From: Xanthomonas phage BUDD
Sequence record: ON758385.1
Strand: one strand, 5' to 3'
DNA: 32,000 nt
A program made the translations under genes and the position numbers. The stretch's first letter is position 1; each line of letters opens with the position of its first letter. This document shows positions 16,292-25,125 of the stretch, piece by piece. Under the pieces are notes generated by a model. It saw only the letters and a list, made by a program, of their open reading frames with translations, was not told the DNA's origin and searched no databases.

Positions 16292-17449
16292 TCATCCTTG
16301 GGCCATGATCTGACCCATGAAGTCAGCAGCCATAAAGTAAGAATCTAAGAAGTGCTTCGCGTTCAGAAGCTGGTCGCGTTGCAGGAATTTGATCACCTTA
16401 CTTACTGCTTCGTCGTTGGTCTCGAACAGGAACTGATCGTATCCTTGAACAAGCTCAACGTGCGAAAGACCTCGAGTCAGTACAGGCGCCACGTCATACA
16501 TGATAGCCTCTACGATGCAGTAACCGAAGTTTTCCTCGATAGAGTTTGAGATCATGACCTTAGCAGTCTTGAGCTCGTTGTGATACTCTTCCTTGGTCAG
16601 ACCTTCCTTGATGGTGATCAGACCTTGCTTCTCGTACATGCGAGCGAGGTCAACCAACCACTGCTGGTTCGAGCGGAAAGTCGGACGACTGGTCGTCAGC
16701 ACAATCTCAGTGTCAGGCAGTGCCTGCTTCGCCAGAAGTGCAACGAGCAAACTCTGATCCGGGCGCTTCTCAGAATCGAAACGATTGGTGATCACAATCT
16801 TGTTCTTCTTCTCACCAACCGACGTCATGTTGTAGGCGCTGGCGAACAGAGGATTGCCGCTCACATGAATCTTCTTCTCAATCTCGCGGCGGTCAGCCTC
16901 GGTTGCGAAAGCGTTCACACGACGTTCCATCACTGCTCGCTTGTGATAATGCGAGCCGACAAAGATGCCATCGACTGCCTTCAACCAACCCAGCTCAGTA
17001 TACTTCTGATAGGGTGCTGCAACTGCGAACGCATCTTCCGTGGTGTAGGATGCCGCATGCAGGAAGCCGTAGATCTTGATCTCGACCTTGTTGATCTGAG
17101 CCATCAGACGCAGAGATTCAATGCCCCAGAATTCCAAGTCACTGACAAAGAACACCGAACCATTGGAAATCTTCTTCTCACGGAACAGACGAGCAATCTT
17201 CTGCATCTGAGATGCCTTGTAGAAGATCGTCGAGTTCATATCCAGGAATGCGCCAGTCTCAACCGTATCGGTCAGAGTCTCGCCGTCAATCTGAGTCACG
17301 TTGAAACCGTGCTTAGAGAATTCCGAAGGCAGGAACTTGTACCACTCGCCGGTGTAGCGCTCTTCCAGAGGTTCAATCGGAATAATGAACAGGTCCCGCT
17401 TCGTAAAGCCAGGAACCTGTTCCAAACCGCGCATGAAATCTTCACTCAT
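16292..17449 (-). CDS. GT-B fold glycosyltransferase
   Basis: C-terminal NRFDSEKRPDQSLLVALLAKQALPDTEIVLTTSRP... and EENFGYCIVEAIMYDVAPVLTRGLSHVELV (E-x7-E nucleotide-sugar motif of GT4/GT1-type enzymes). Confidence 0.75.
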   Translation of the reverse strand: MSEDFMRGLEQVPGFTKRDLFIIPIEPLEERYTGEWYKFLPSEFSKHGFNVTQIDGETLTDTVETGAFLDMNSTIFYKASQMQKIARLFREKKISNGSVFFVSDLEFWGIESLRLMAQINKVEIKIYGFLHAASYTTEDAFAVAAPYQKYTELGWLKAVDGIFVGSHYHKRAVMERRVNAFATEADRREIEKKIHVSGNPLFASAYNMTSVGEKKNKIVITNRFDSEKRPDQSLLVALLAKQALPDTEIVLTTSRPTFRSNQQWLVDLARMYEKQGLITIKEGLTKEEYHNELKTAKVMISNSIEENFGYCIVEAIMYDVAPVLTRGLSHVELVQGYDQFLFETNDEAVSKVIKFLQRDQLLNAKHFLDSYFMAADFMGQIMAQG

Positions 17450-17877
17450 ACTTCAATGTCTCCATTAAAGTCCTCAGGATAAGTGATTACAGCATTGCCT
17501 GCAACGAATGCAAGAACGTGTTTCTCATTCTCGATCTTGATCTGGTCATGTGGGCGAAGGAAATGCAGAGTGCGAGACTGTGCATAGGATGCCTGAGAAA
17601 CATTCCAGAAGATTTCAACACCTGCCGGCGCCATTGCAGTCAACTCGGTCAGTTCGACGGTGACACCGATGCCACTGTCTTCGAACACTGCTGCGAGATG
17701 TTCCAGGTTGAGCTCGTTGTGATGATCCGAAATGTAGATCATATCAATGTTGTTCGCGAACAGCGTGTAGAGCATTTCTACCGACGGCGTGTTCACGTAT
17801 TCCCTTGCCGAACAGAAATAGGTGCGAACGTTCTCGCCGCGCAGCATGCCTTCAACTTCAATACCAATCTTAGCCAT
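17446..17877 (-). CDS. Uncharacterised protein in the modification operon
   Basis: 143 aa, MAKIGIEVEGMLRGENVRTYFCSAREYVNTPSVEMLYTLFANNIDMIYISDHHNEL...; 4-nt overlap with the glycosyltransferase and 8-nt overlap with the deacetylase-like gene. Confidence 0.65.
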   Translation of the reverse strand: MAKIGIEVEGMLRGENVRTYFCSAREYVNTPSVEMLYTLFANNIDMIYISDHHNELNLEHLAAVFEDSGIGVTVELTELTAMAPAGVEIFWNVSQASYAQSRTLHFLRPHDQIKIENEKHVLAFVAGNAVITYPEDFNGDIEV

Positions 17878-18601
17878 TAAATTCTACCCACCTATTGCCA
17901 TTGTGAACTGCGATGTAGCTAACACTCAATCGAGAGAAATACCGAGTGATCAGGATGTTGAGATATTCTTCATCGGGGATCGATTCATCCCACGGAGCTT
18001 CCAGAAGACTCGGAACTTGGTATCCTTTCATCACAACCTTACGATCATCAGCAAGAGGGAACTCAATACCTTGGTAGTGATCCTTCTCGCTATAGCCTTC
18101 GAACAAATGATACTTCTCATTCGTCAGCAATACGCTCTGGGTCGGGAACAGTTCCTGAAGAACTGACTTCTTCTTAGCTCGCTTTTCTTTGCCCAGCGGA
18201 TACTGGAACGAATCCATATCTACCGTGTAGAAGACCAACTGACAGCCATTGTTCCTGCGAGCAATGCGTGCTCTGATGCTAACCTCAGCGTGTTGAGCAT
18301 GGGAGTCACGAATGGTCGGACAGAAGATCGTGTCGTCAGGACCAAGGTTATTCAGCTCTTTTGGAAGACCAAAATAATGCTCACCCAGGAAGTGTGGTGT
18401 GAAGCCAAACATCTCAGCGGTCTTCAAAGCCTCGAGCTTTCGTTCATCAGTGAGATCGAAGAAGTAGACAACGTCTGTGATCAAACCGCGATCAAGTGCT
18501 TCAAAGCACCCGATCACTTCGTCATCAACGTGTGGAGAGAATACGATATTCCTCGGTGACTTCAATACCTTGCTGTCCAATATATGCCCATACATCATCA
18601 T
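17870..18601 (-). CDS. PIG-L/LmbE-like deacetylase family protein
   Basis: NIVFSPHVDDEVIGC (PHxDDE metal motif), later FCPTIRDSHAQHAEVSIRARIAR resembling the distal HxxH metal motif. Start proposed at ATG 18601 (or 18598/18595). ORF track gives 18652. Confidence 0.7.
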   Translation of the reverse strand: MMMYGHILDSKVLKSPRNIVFSPHVDDEVIGCFEALDRGLITDVVYFFDLTDERKLEALKTAEMFGFTPHFLGEHYFGLPKELNNLGPDDTIFCPTIRDSHAQHAEVSIRARIARRNNGCQLVFYTVDMDSFQYPLGKEKRAKKKSVLQELFPTQSVLLTNEKYHLFEGYSEKDHYQGIEFPLADDRKVVMKGYQVPSLLEAPWDESIPDEEYLNILITRYFSRLSVSYIAVHNGNRWVEFNG

Positions 18602-19064
18602 CGCTCCAGTCCACAATAGGGAAAATTGATTCATTATCAAACAAGCCACCAACCGTATGAACAGGCATGTCTGCTCGGCTGATCAACTTACCATTCACTA
18701 CCACATCAGCACTGCGATCAGTTCGATCAAATTCGGATCTACGAGTACCATCGACCTGAATATGCAGCTTGTGGCTTTTCAGATGCCATTTCATTCTTTC
18801 AAATGGAACAATGCTAAGACCATACTTAGCACTCTGCTCATAGAGGAATGCTACAGTCGCAGGATGTACCTTGTTGAAACCAGTTACCTTTGGTGTGTGA
18901 ATTAGAGGCACACTGGAACCGAATGCTAGCATAGCTAGATGATGGACGACGACGGAATCCTTTCCGCCACTCGTCGCAACATACACACCTTCCGGATCTC
19001 TATCGCCATATTCAATCAATCTTTGAATGGCTACTCTTTCAAGTTCTTTAAGGTGCTCGTTCAT
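18525..19064 (-). CDS. PAPS reductase-like PP-loop (adenine nucleotide alpha hydrolase) protein
   Basis: VYVATSGGKDSVVVHHLAMLA (PP-loop SGGKDS) and SIFPIVDWSDDDVWAYI, typical of the PAPS reductase family. Overlaps the next gene. Confidence 0.75.
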   Translation of the reverse strand: MNEHLKELERVAIQRLIEYGDRDPEGVYVATSGGKDSVVVHHLAMLAFGSSVPLIHTPKVTGFNKVHPATVAFLYEQSAKYGLSIVPFERMKWHLKSHKLHIQVDGTRRSEFDRTDRSADVVVNGKLISRADMPVHTVGGLFDNESIFPIVDWSDDDVWAYIGQQGIEVTEEYRILSTR

Positions 19065-19065
19065 A

Positions 19066-19749
19066 TCAACCCTTGATCAGAGACATCATTTCAGCGCGTA
19101 GAGTCGGGTCGTCACGGAACGAACCACTCAGGCTAGAGGTGATGGTCACGCCATCCGAATCCTCAACACCGCGAGTCAGAACACAGAAGTGCTGACCCTT
19201 CATCACAACGGCAACGTCTTCCGTACCAGTGATGAACTTGATGGTCTCAGCAATCTGCACAGTCAGGCGTTCCTGAATCTGGGGACGGCGACTGAAGAAG
19301 TCTACGATACGGGACAGCTTCGACAGACCCAGAACCTTCTCACCTGGCATGTAAGACACCCAGCAAGACAGATCAGGACGGTGAGCGGTACCAAAGTAGA
19401 CAAGGTGATGTTCACAGACAGACTTCACCGAGCAGCGCTCGATAACCATTTCATCGTAGCTGATCTTGTTGTCAACTTCGGTGCACTTCGGGAAGTTCTT
19501 ATAGTCCAGACCGTAGAACAGTTCGTCTACGTACATCTTTGCGATGCGCTTCGGCGTTTCGATCAGCGAGTCATCGGTCAGATCAAGACCCAGGGTCAGC
19601 AGAGACTGGCGCTGGAACTCTTCAATCTTCGCAATCTTTTCGGAGCTAGGTGCATCGACCAATTCGGTGATTGGAGTTTCAATGCCCAGGCTTACAAGAT
19701 GCTTGTGGACGCGTGCGCCGAGTTCTGGATTGGTTTTATCTTTTTGCAT
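19066..19749 (-). CDS. folE: GTP cyclohydrolase I
   Basis: ETPKRIAKMYVDELFYGL, IERCSVKSVCEHHLVYFGTAH, VLGLSKLSRIVDFFSRRPQIQERLTVQIAE, GQHFCVLTRGVED. Confidence 0.93.
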   Translation of the reverse strand: MQKDKTNPELGARVHKHLVSLGIETPITELVDAPSSEKIAKIEEFQRQSLLTLGLDLTDDSLIETPKRIAKMYVDELFYGLDYKNFPKCTEVDNKISYDEMVIERCSVKSVCEHHLVYFGTAHRPDLSCWVSYMPGEKVLGLSKLSRIVDFFSRRPQIQERLTVQIAETIKFITGTEDVAVVMKGQHFCVLTRGVEDSDGVTITSSLSGSFRDDPTLRAEMMSLIKG

Positions 19750-19783
19750 GTTACTTTCCTTTACGATTTCCTATATTGTAATA

Positions 19784-20059
19784 TCAACCAAGTGCCGTTT
19801 CAAGGGGACCACGGAACAGTTCGTTGATGATTAGTTCGGTATGTGTACTAAGGAATTCATCTTCATCAGCGACAACCTTGTCGGGATTAGATTCTTCCGC
19901 TTTGTCGGATTTCAACACCGACGCTTTATTTACAAGGACCTCTAGCTTGCCATTGTTGTCGATCACCTGGATGCCAGAGAAGACGAAAGCGTACTGAGGG
20001 TACTTTAGGTCAACAACTTCGAGGTAGTCTTCGGTGGCTTCTTTTACGTAGAGTTCCAT
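19784..20059 (-). CDS. Hypothetical protein
   Basis: 91 aa, abuts 20059. Confidence 0.55.
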   Translation of the reverse strand: MELYVKEATEDYLEVVDLKYPQYAFVFSGIQVIDNNGKLEVLVNKASVLKSDKAEESNPDKVVADEDEFLSTHTELIINELFRGPLETALG

Positions 20060-21024
20060 TATTTTAGTTTCTCACGGTCGATCCATCTAGCATTTTTAGG
20101 AACTACAGCACGTTTGATTGTCAGCGCGCGTAGACCTTTGAGCAGTGGGTGGCTACGGTTTCTATCTTTGTCGTTTCTGATCTGAATTACAGGCTGTTCA
20201 ATTTCTGGAACGTCTCTCAACTCTTGCCAGATATCTTCTACGTGAATGAACAGCTTGTTGGGCACGTCTTGGAAGAAATCATTCATGGTAAAGGACTGTC
20301 TAATGATAGCACCTTTACCTTTCAAGATGTCATTTCCGAAGAGCGCGAATTCCTTTTCTTTTTCTGTTGGCTCAATCACAAGGTCTGGATTGATCTTCCT
20401 GATCTTTGTTGCAGGGTCCATTTCAAAATTGGTCAAGGCGTTCTCAAATGCGTACCGCACCGATGCCTCAGCAATTTCCTTGAGCTCCGAGTCAGCCGAA
20501 GAGAAGAATGAAGCGTTGCCTTGCTTCAATGATACAGGAATCATCTTCCCAGACTTAGTCCAAAACTCGACGTCAGCTTTCTTATGTCCTGAGGTATCAC
20601 GACCTGACAGATAAACTTCAACGACGCCTTTGATCTCAAACGTCTTCTTCTTAGACTTGAACGTCACGTCAACAGGACCACCGAGCCAACCGACAAGTCG
20701 ATTGACACGGTGCATCAAGTATTCTTCATTGTCCTCGCCTGCGTTGCCTTTCAGACTTGCTGAGACAACGATTGCGATACCATTGACGTTCACAGCCAGG
20801 TTTGAGATACGACGAGAGCCTTCCAGCCTCAACTGAATTTCGTCAGCGAGGCGGACAGGTTCAACGTTGGCTCGATGGTTCACTGTCAAACGACGACCCT
20901 TTTGAACCACGGTCAGCTTGTTCTTACGCAACCATTGCGTGATGTTCGCAATGGTTGGTACACCTAGCATTGGCTCCTTTGCATAGAGCCAATTTGTCGT
21001 TGTCGGGAGAACCTTCTTAGCCAT
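20059..21024 (-). CDS. Uncharacterised protein, possible nuclease-like core
   Basis: 321 aa with GHKKADVEFWTKSGKMIPVSLKQGNASFFSSADS. Adjacent to UvsX. Confidence 0.6.
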   Translation of the reverse strand: MAKKVLPTTTNWLYAKEPMLGVPTIANITQWLRKNKLTVVQKGRRLTVNHRANVEPVRLADEIQLRLEGSRRISNLAVNVNGIAIVVSASLKGNAGEDNEEYLMHRVNRLVGWLGGPVDVTFKSKKKTFEIKGVVEVYLSGRDTSGHKKADVEFWTKSGKMIPVSLKQGNASFFSSADSELKEIAEASVRYAFENALTNFEMDPATKIRKINPDLVIEPTEKEKEFALFGNDILKGKGAIIRQSFTMNDFFQDVPNKLFIHVEDIWQELRDVPEIEQPVIQIRNDKDRNRSHPLLKGLRALTIKRAVVPKNARWIDREKLK

Positions 21025-22079
21025 TAGATACTCTCATCCAGGATCTCGCCGGTCTCGTAATCAATCGAACCAGCCTTGATCATTTCGCTCTGTGCAAGCT
21101 GGAATCGTTCTTTCAGCTTCGCGCCAAAGTCAGTCTTGGTCAGGATCGGAACCCAGAACTCAGCCTTGTTCGTATCAGCCTGGCGCAGCTTCTTCTCAGT
21201 ACCTGCCTGCTGATACCAACCATTGGATGGCTTCACGACGTGTCCAGTTTCAAGCGCCAGGTCGAGCAGACCAGACCAAGGCGAAATACCGTTCTCGAAT
21301 GTTACCTCGACCGGAATCTTGCTCTTCTCTCGGACGTATCGCGACTTCTCAACGTTCAGGACGAAGTTGTAACCAACGATCTCCTGGCCTTCCTTGTTCT
21401 GCTGACGACCAACGATGTAGATGTTGTCTGCCGAATAGATCAGACCTGTACCACCGGACACGACCTTCTTCGCATACATTTCCATCGTATCGTACGTGTG
21501 AGCAACGACGTGCATACACAGCGACTTCAAGGACAGAACAGGAGTGACCATACGGAACAGAGACTTGAACGCCTTTGCGCGGGTCATGTCTGCAACCGAC
21601 TTGCCTTCCAGGGCATCTTCCACTTCCTTCTTGGAAGCCAGGTTACCGACCGAGTCAATGGCGATGAACACCTTGTCGCCTCGAGCCAGACCGTCGAGCT
21701 GCTTCATGATATCGAATTTCAGCTCTTCGATGTTGGTAATCGGAGTATGAACAACTCGATCCAGCGGAATGCCGAACGACGAGAAGTAACTCTGAGGAGT
21801 ACCGAACTCCGAATCGTAGAACAGAACCACACCATCCTTGTACTTGTCAAGGAACGCCTTCATATTCGTCAGCACAAAGCTGGTCTTGAAGTGCTTGGAT
21901 GGTCCTGCCCAAATGGTCAGACCAGGACCGAAACCACCATCAAGCTCGCCCGACTGGAGAAGGTTGAGGACAGGGATCTTTGTCTGTACCAGCTCTTTCT
22001 TCTGGAAGAAGGAACTCTTCTCCAGCGATGCAGTCTCTTTAATCGTAGACTGCTTCATCAGTTTATCAACCAAACTCAA
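21024..22079 (-). CDS. uvsX: UvsX/RecA-like recombinase
   Basis: GFGPGLTIWAGPSKHFKTSFVLTNMKAFLDKYKDGVVLFYDSEFGTP..., VFIAIDSVGNLASKKE: the T4 UvsX layout. Confidence 0.9.
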   Translation of the reverse strand: MSLVDKLMKQSTIKETASLEKSSFFQKKELVQTKIPVLNLLQSGELDGGFGPGLTIWAGPSKHFKTSFVLTNMKAFLDKYKDGVVLFYDSEFGTPQSYFSSFGIPLDRVVHTPITNIEELKFDIMKQLDGLARGDKVFIAIDSVGNLASKKEVEDALEGKSVADMTRAKAFKSLFRMVTPVLSLKSLCMHVVAHTYDTMEMYAKKVVSGGTGLIYSADNIYIVGRQQNKEGQEIVGYNFVLNVEKSRYVREKSKIPVEVTFENGISPWSGLLDLALETGHVVKPSNGWYQQAGTEKKLRQADTNKAEFWVPILTKTDFGAKLKERFQLAQSEMIKAGSIDYETGEILDESI

Positions 22080-22432
22080 CTTTCTTCTCCTTCATCTTCT
22101 TCATCGTCGTCTTCCTCACGCCCAAACTTCCCAAGGAAGCCTCGAACGTCAGGACTAATGTCTTCTTCACCAATATCGTCATCAACTCCCATGTGAGCTG
22201 CTGCCCTCTTCCATTTGTGATAGAAGAGAGCGGGAGTGATGGACCAGTCGAGAACTTCTTCGACCGCCTGCACCATAGGGAAAATGTGTTCAATTGATGC
22301 CACAGTCTGTCGGAACACGTCAAGGATCTTTTCGTGTTCCGTAAACTCAGCCATATCAGGATCAACTTCAACCATCGTCAGTTCGTTTTGCAAACTGCCC
22401 AACAGTTTCAGCATCTGGCTAGCTGCACTCAT
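22076..22432 (-). CDS. Small acidic-tailed protein, unknown
   Basis: 118 aa ending REEDDDEEDEGES; 4-nt overlap with the uvsX start. Confidence 0.6.
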   Translation of the reverse strand: MSAASQMLKLLGSLQNELTMVEVDPDMAEFTEHEKILDVFRQTVASIEHIFPMVQAVEEVLDWSITPALFYHKWKRAAAHMGVDDDIGEEDISPDVRGFLGKFGREEDDDEEDEGEES

Positions 22433-22443
22433 ACTTAAACCTC

Positions 22444-25125
22444 TCAGCCGAATAGACTTTCAAGTGAGCTGACCTTTTCAGTCTTCCAACCCAGGATCTC
22501 TGTGAAGGACTTCAAAGGCGTGATGTACGTCGCAGTCCATTGCTTGTCCTTATCGAGGTACTCGTGAAGATCGAAACCTTCCGGTAGAGTGCCATTGAAT
22601 GCGATGTTGCTGCATCGGCAAGGATTGATTGCCTTGAGCGCCATCAGCCTCACCTTGTTGCCGTTCTTGATACGTTCGACAGTCTTTTGCAGACCCTTAT
22701 CGATGATCAAGGTGTTGTGTGCGTGTGCTGCACGAACGTGGTATGGAGCCTTCGGCAAAAGAGCACCGTTGTCATCAATCCACTTCGTCAGATCTTTCAC
22801 ACCCTTCGGCGAAGCAATGTTCTCAATAGGAGCATTATAAAACTCCTTCTTGAAACTATCAATGGAAGTTAGCAACTGTTCCTGAGTACCGGTCAGCAGA
22901 ATCTCTAGATCGCTCTCGAGCTTCTTACGAACCATCATCGGTTTGTCGCTTCGAGCAGTCTCGATACCAGTCATCTTAAGAACCGGCTCATGGTAACGAA
23001 CGTGTTCGTTGTCCCAGACTCGCAGAACATAGTTCTTCTTACCACGGAAAATGCCAACGTCTGCGATTGCTTCTCGCTTCATGTCAAGCAGATTCTTCTT
23101 TGCGCCAAGTCGATCAGACAGCTTCTGATATGCCGCGTTGATGAAAGGAGTGAACTCGTTCTCGAGGAAGTCGTCAATCTGGTCAACCGACTGCTGAATG
23201 TTCTTCGGATCAGTTGGCAGATTCTCTAGCTGGATGTAAGCCGAGTCGGTGTCGGACGTGATCACATAGTCCTTATCCGTGTTGAACTTCTTGTTGAGAT
23301 ACTTGTTCATCATGTTGCCGATGTACTGGATACCCAGCTGACCAGTCAACGTGATTCCTTCTGCAATGCTGACGTTGAAGTATCGGAAGCCCTTGTTCGC
23401 AGATGCACCGTAACCCGAGTTAGCCAGAACCTTCATCGCGCCCTGAGTTGCGTCTGCTGCTGCAATCATGTTCTCGAGACGCAGGTACTCCTCAGATCCT
23501 TCAACGCCGCCGGATGCCATGTAGGCTTCCTTCTCGCGCTTCAGATCAAGCATTCGATTCTTCTCAGCCTTACGAGTATCGAATACGAACTTCATACCCT
23601 TCGGCATAACGCCCATGAAGTCCTGACGATAAGCCGAACCGTTTGCTGCCATCGCCCAACCCTTAGCACGACAGTCCGCAGCCAGGTCTTCTCCCTTCAA
23701 CAGACGCTCAACCCAATCCAGCTGACCTTGCTCTTCACGAACGAGAGTCTCAGGGCTCATGTTGAACATCATGCAGATCGACGGATACAGCGAGGTCAAG
23801 TCGAGCGAAGATACCCAACGGTACTTGCCAGGTACAGGCTCCTTGACATATGCGCCAATGATGCTACGACCGTGCTTCTGAACTGCCGGAGGAATGACCA
23901 CGTTCTCTGCCTTGAGCAGATTGTAGATCAGATTGTCCCACAGCTTAACCTTACCATCCTTTTCCTGATATCGACTCTTGGTCATAAGAACAGTGGTGAT
24001 CACGAGTCGAACAAACTGCTTCTTCTGATCAAGTCGTTCAACAAGGTAAACGTCTCGTTCGTTGTAGTCGATGAACTTTTCGTAGTTCTGTCGATACAGA
24101 CCCATCAGGTCGCCGTACTCAGAATAGTCCAGCTTCTTCTCTTTCAGCTCAACCTCGGAAATGTAGTCCAGCGCGTAACTGTCTCTCTTGACAGGGTTGT
24201 ATCCCTTATACATGTCCATATAGTCGAGAGTGGTCACACCGAAGATGCGATAGCCCTTCTCAGTCTTGTCGTCATCAATCCAGTAGTCCTGAATGCATCG
24301 ATCCGTGAAGGCATGGAATGGACTCAACTTGTTCGTCAGCTTCTCACCGAGCAGAGCACGGCAACGATTGACGATGTAGGGAACGTCGAACGACTCAATG
24401 TTCCAACCAGTGATAGCATCCGGATCAACCAAACGCACAAAGTCAATGAACTTCTGCAGAAGATCCTTTTCATCGACACACAGATTGTAGATCTGATTCT
24501 TGTCCTTTACAGCATATTCCTTCGTACCGAACGTGACCTTCTGCGGACGACCAAACACCTTACAAGAGATAGACGTGATCTCATATGCTGCATTCTGCGC
24601 GTCAGGGAAACCGCCCGGATTGCGCTGCGGTGCCTTCGATGCAGGGTACCAACGCTCGTTGATCGGATCGTAGACTTCCCAAACGTCCTGCAGAGTTTTC
24701 ATGTAACCAACAGTGACAGTCTCTTCTTCCAGGCTGAACACCTTCCGCACCAACACCTCATCTTCATCGTCCTTACCATCAAATCGAGTTTCGATATCGA
24801 AGTTGAGAACGCGATACTTGTCGAACTGCAATTCCATCTTACCCGGATAACGGTGAGAGATGAACTGGTGATGCATCGAAGTCTGACCAAACACAGGAAC
24901 GGTGCCTTCGTACTTCTTGATGAAGTCCTTAGCATCCGAAATCGTATCAAATGTCATGCGACTAAGACGGTCACCATAGAGCGACTTGTATTCACCATTG
25001 CCTTTGATAAATAGCTCGATTGGAAAACTTGTAACGATTTCTTGATGGCGTTTTCCTGCTTCATCCACATATCGGTGGTAGATCTTGCTGCCAATCGAAT
25101 CACAAAAGGTATAAAACGCCGTCAT
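22444..25125 (-). CDS. 43: Family B DNA polymerase (T4 gp43-like)
   Basis: Exonuclease motif NFDIETR, DITGWNIESFDVPYIVNR, polymerase motifs SLDLTSLYPSI, KVLANSGYGA, TSDTDSAY. Start at ATG 25125 with AGGAG upstream. ORF track gives 25212. Confidence 0.95.
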   Translation of the reverse strand: MTAFYTFCDSIGSKIYHRYVDEAGKRHQEIVTSFPIELFIKGNGEYKSLYGDRLSRMTFDTISDAKDFIKKYEGTVPVFGQTSMHHQFISHRYPGKMELQFDKYRVLNFDIETRFDGKDDEDEVLVRKVFSLEEETVTVGYMKTLQDVWEVYDPINERWYPASKAPQRNPGGFPDAQNAAYEITSISCKVFGRPQKVTFGTKEYAVKDKNQIYNLCVDEKDLLQKFIDFVRLVDPDAITGWNIESFDVPYIVNRCRALLGEKLTNKLSPFHAFTDRCIQDYWIDDDKTEKGYRIFGVTTLDYMDMYKGYNPVKRDSYALDYISEVELKEKKLDYSEYGDLMGLYRQNYEKFIDYNERDVYLVERLDQKKQFVRLVITTVLMTKSRYQEKDGKVKLWDNLIYNLLKAENVVIPPAVQKHGRSIIGAYVKEPVPGKYRWVSSLDLTSLYPSICMMFNMSPETLVREEQGQLDWVERLLKGEDLAADCRAKGWAMAANGSAYRQDFMGVMPKGMKFVFDTRKAEKNRMLDLKREKEAYMASGGVEGSEEYLRLENMIAAADATQGAMKVLANSGYGASANKGFRYFNVSIAEGITLTGQLGIQYIGNMMNKYLNKKFNTDKDYVITSDTDSAYIQLENLPTDPKNIQQSVDQIDDFLENEFTPFINAAYQKLSDRLGAKKNLLDMKREAIADVGIFRGKKNYVLRVWDNEHVRYHEPVLKMTGIETARSDKPMMVRKKLESDLEILLTGTQEQLLTSIDSFKKEFYNAPIENIASPKGVKDLTKWIDDNGALLPKAPYHVRAAHAHNTLIIDKGLQKTVERIKNGNKVRLMALKAINPCRCSNIAFNGTLPEGFDLHEYLDKDKQWTATYITPLKSFTEILGWKTEKVSSLESLFG

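Noticed and set aside
16580-17482. 300-aa plus-strand ORF antisense to the glycosyltransferase gene
   Set aside because: Shadow ORF over a gene with clear GT-B motifs.
18525-19064. Calling the PP-loop protein DndC (phosphorothioation)
   Set aside because: Only the generic SGGKDS and PIVDWSxxDVW motifs are present, the protein is short, and no dndB/D/E-like genes are nearby. Its context is deazaguanine synthesis.
21240-22196. 318-aa plus-strand ORF antisense to uvsX
   Set aside because: Antisense shadow ORF; the composition reflects the reverse complement of the UvsX codons.
23728-25014. 428-aa plus-strand ORF antisense to the DNA polymerase gene
   Set aside because: It is a shadow of a strongly supported family B polymerase frame, with a low-complexity Ile/Val/Leu/Arg translation and no recognisable motifs.
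25110-25116. TATAAAA as a promoter for the plus-strand membrane gene
   Set aside because: It lies only 8 nt from the ATG and has a 19-nt spacing to the nearest TTG-type box, which is too weak to support.
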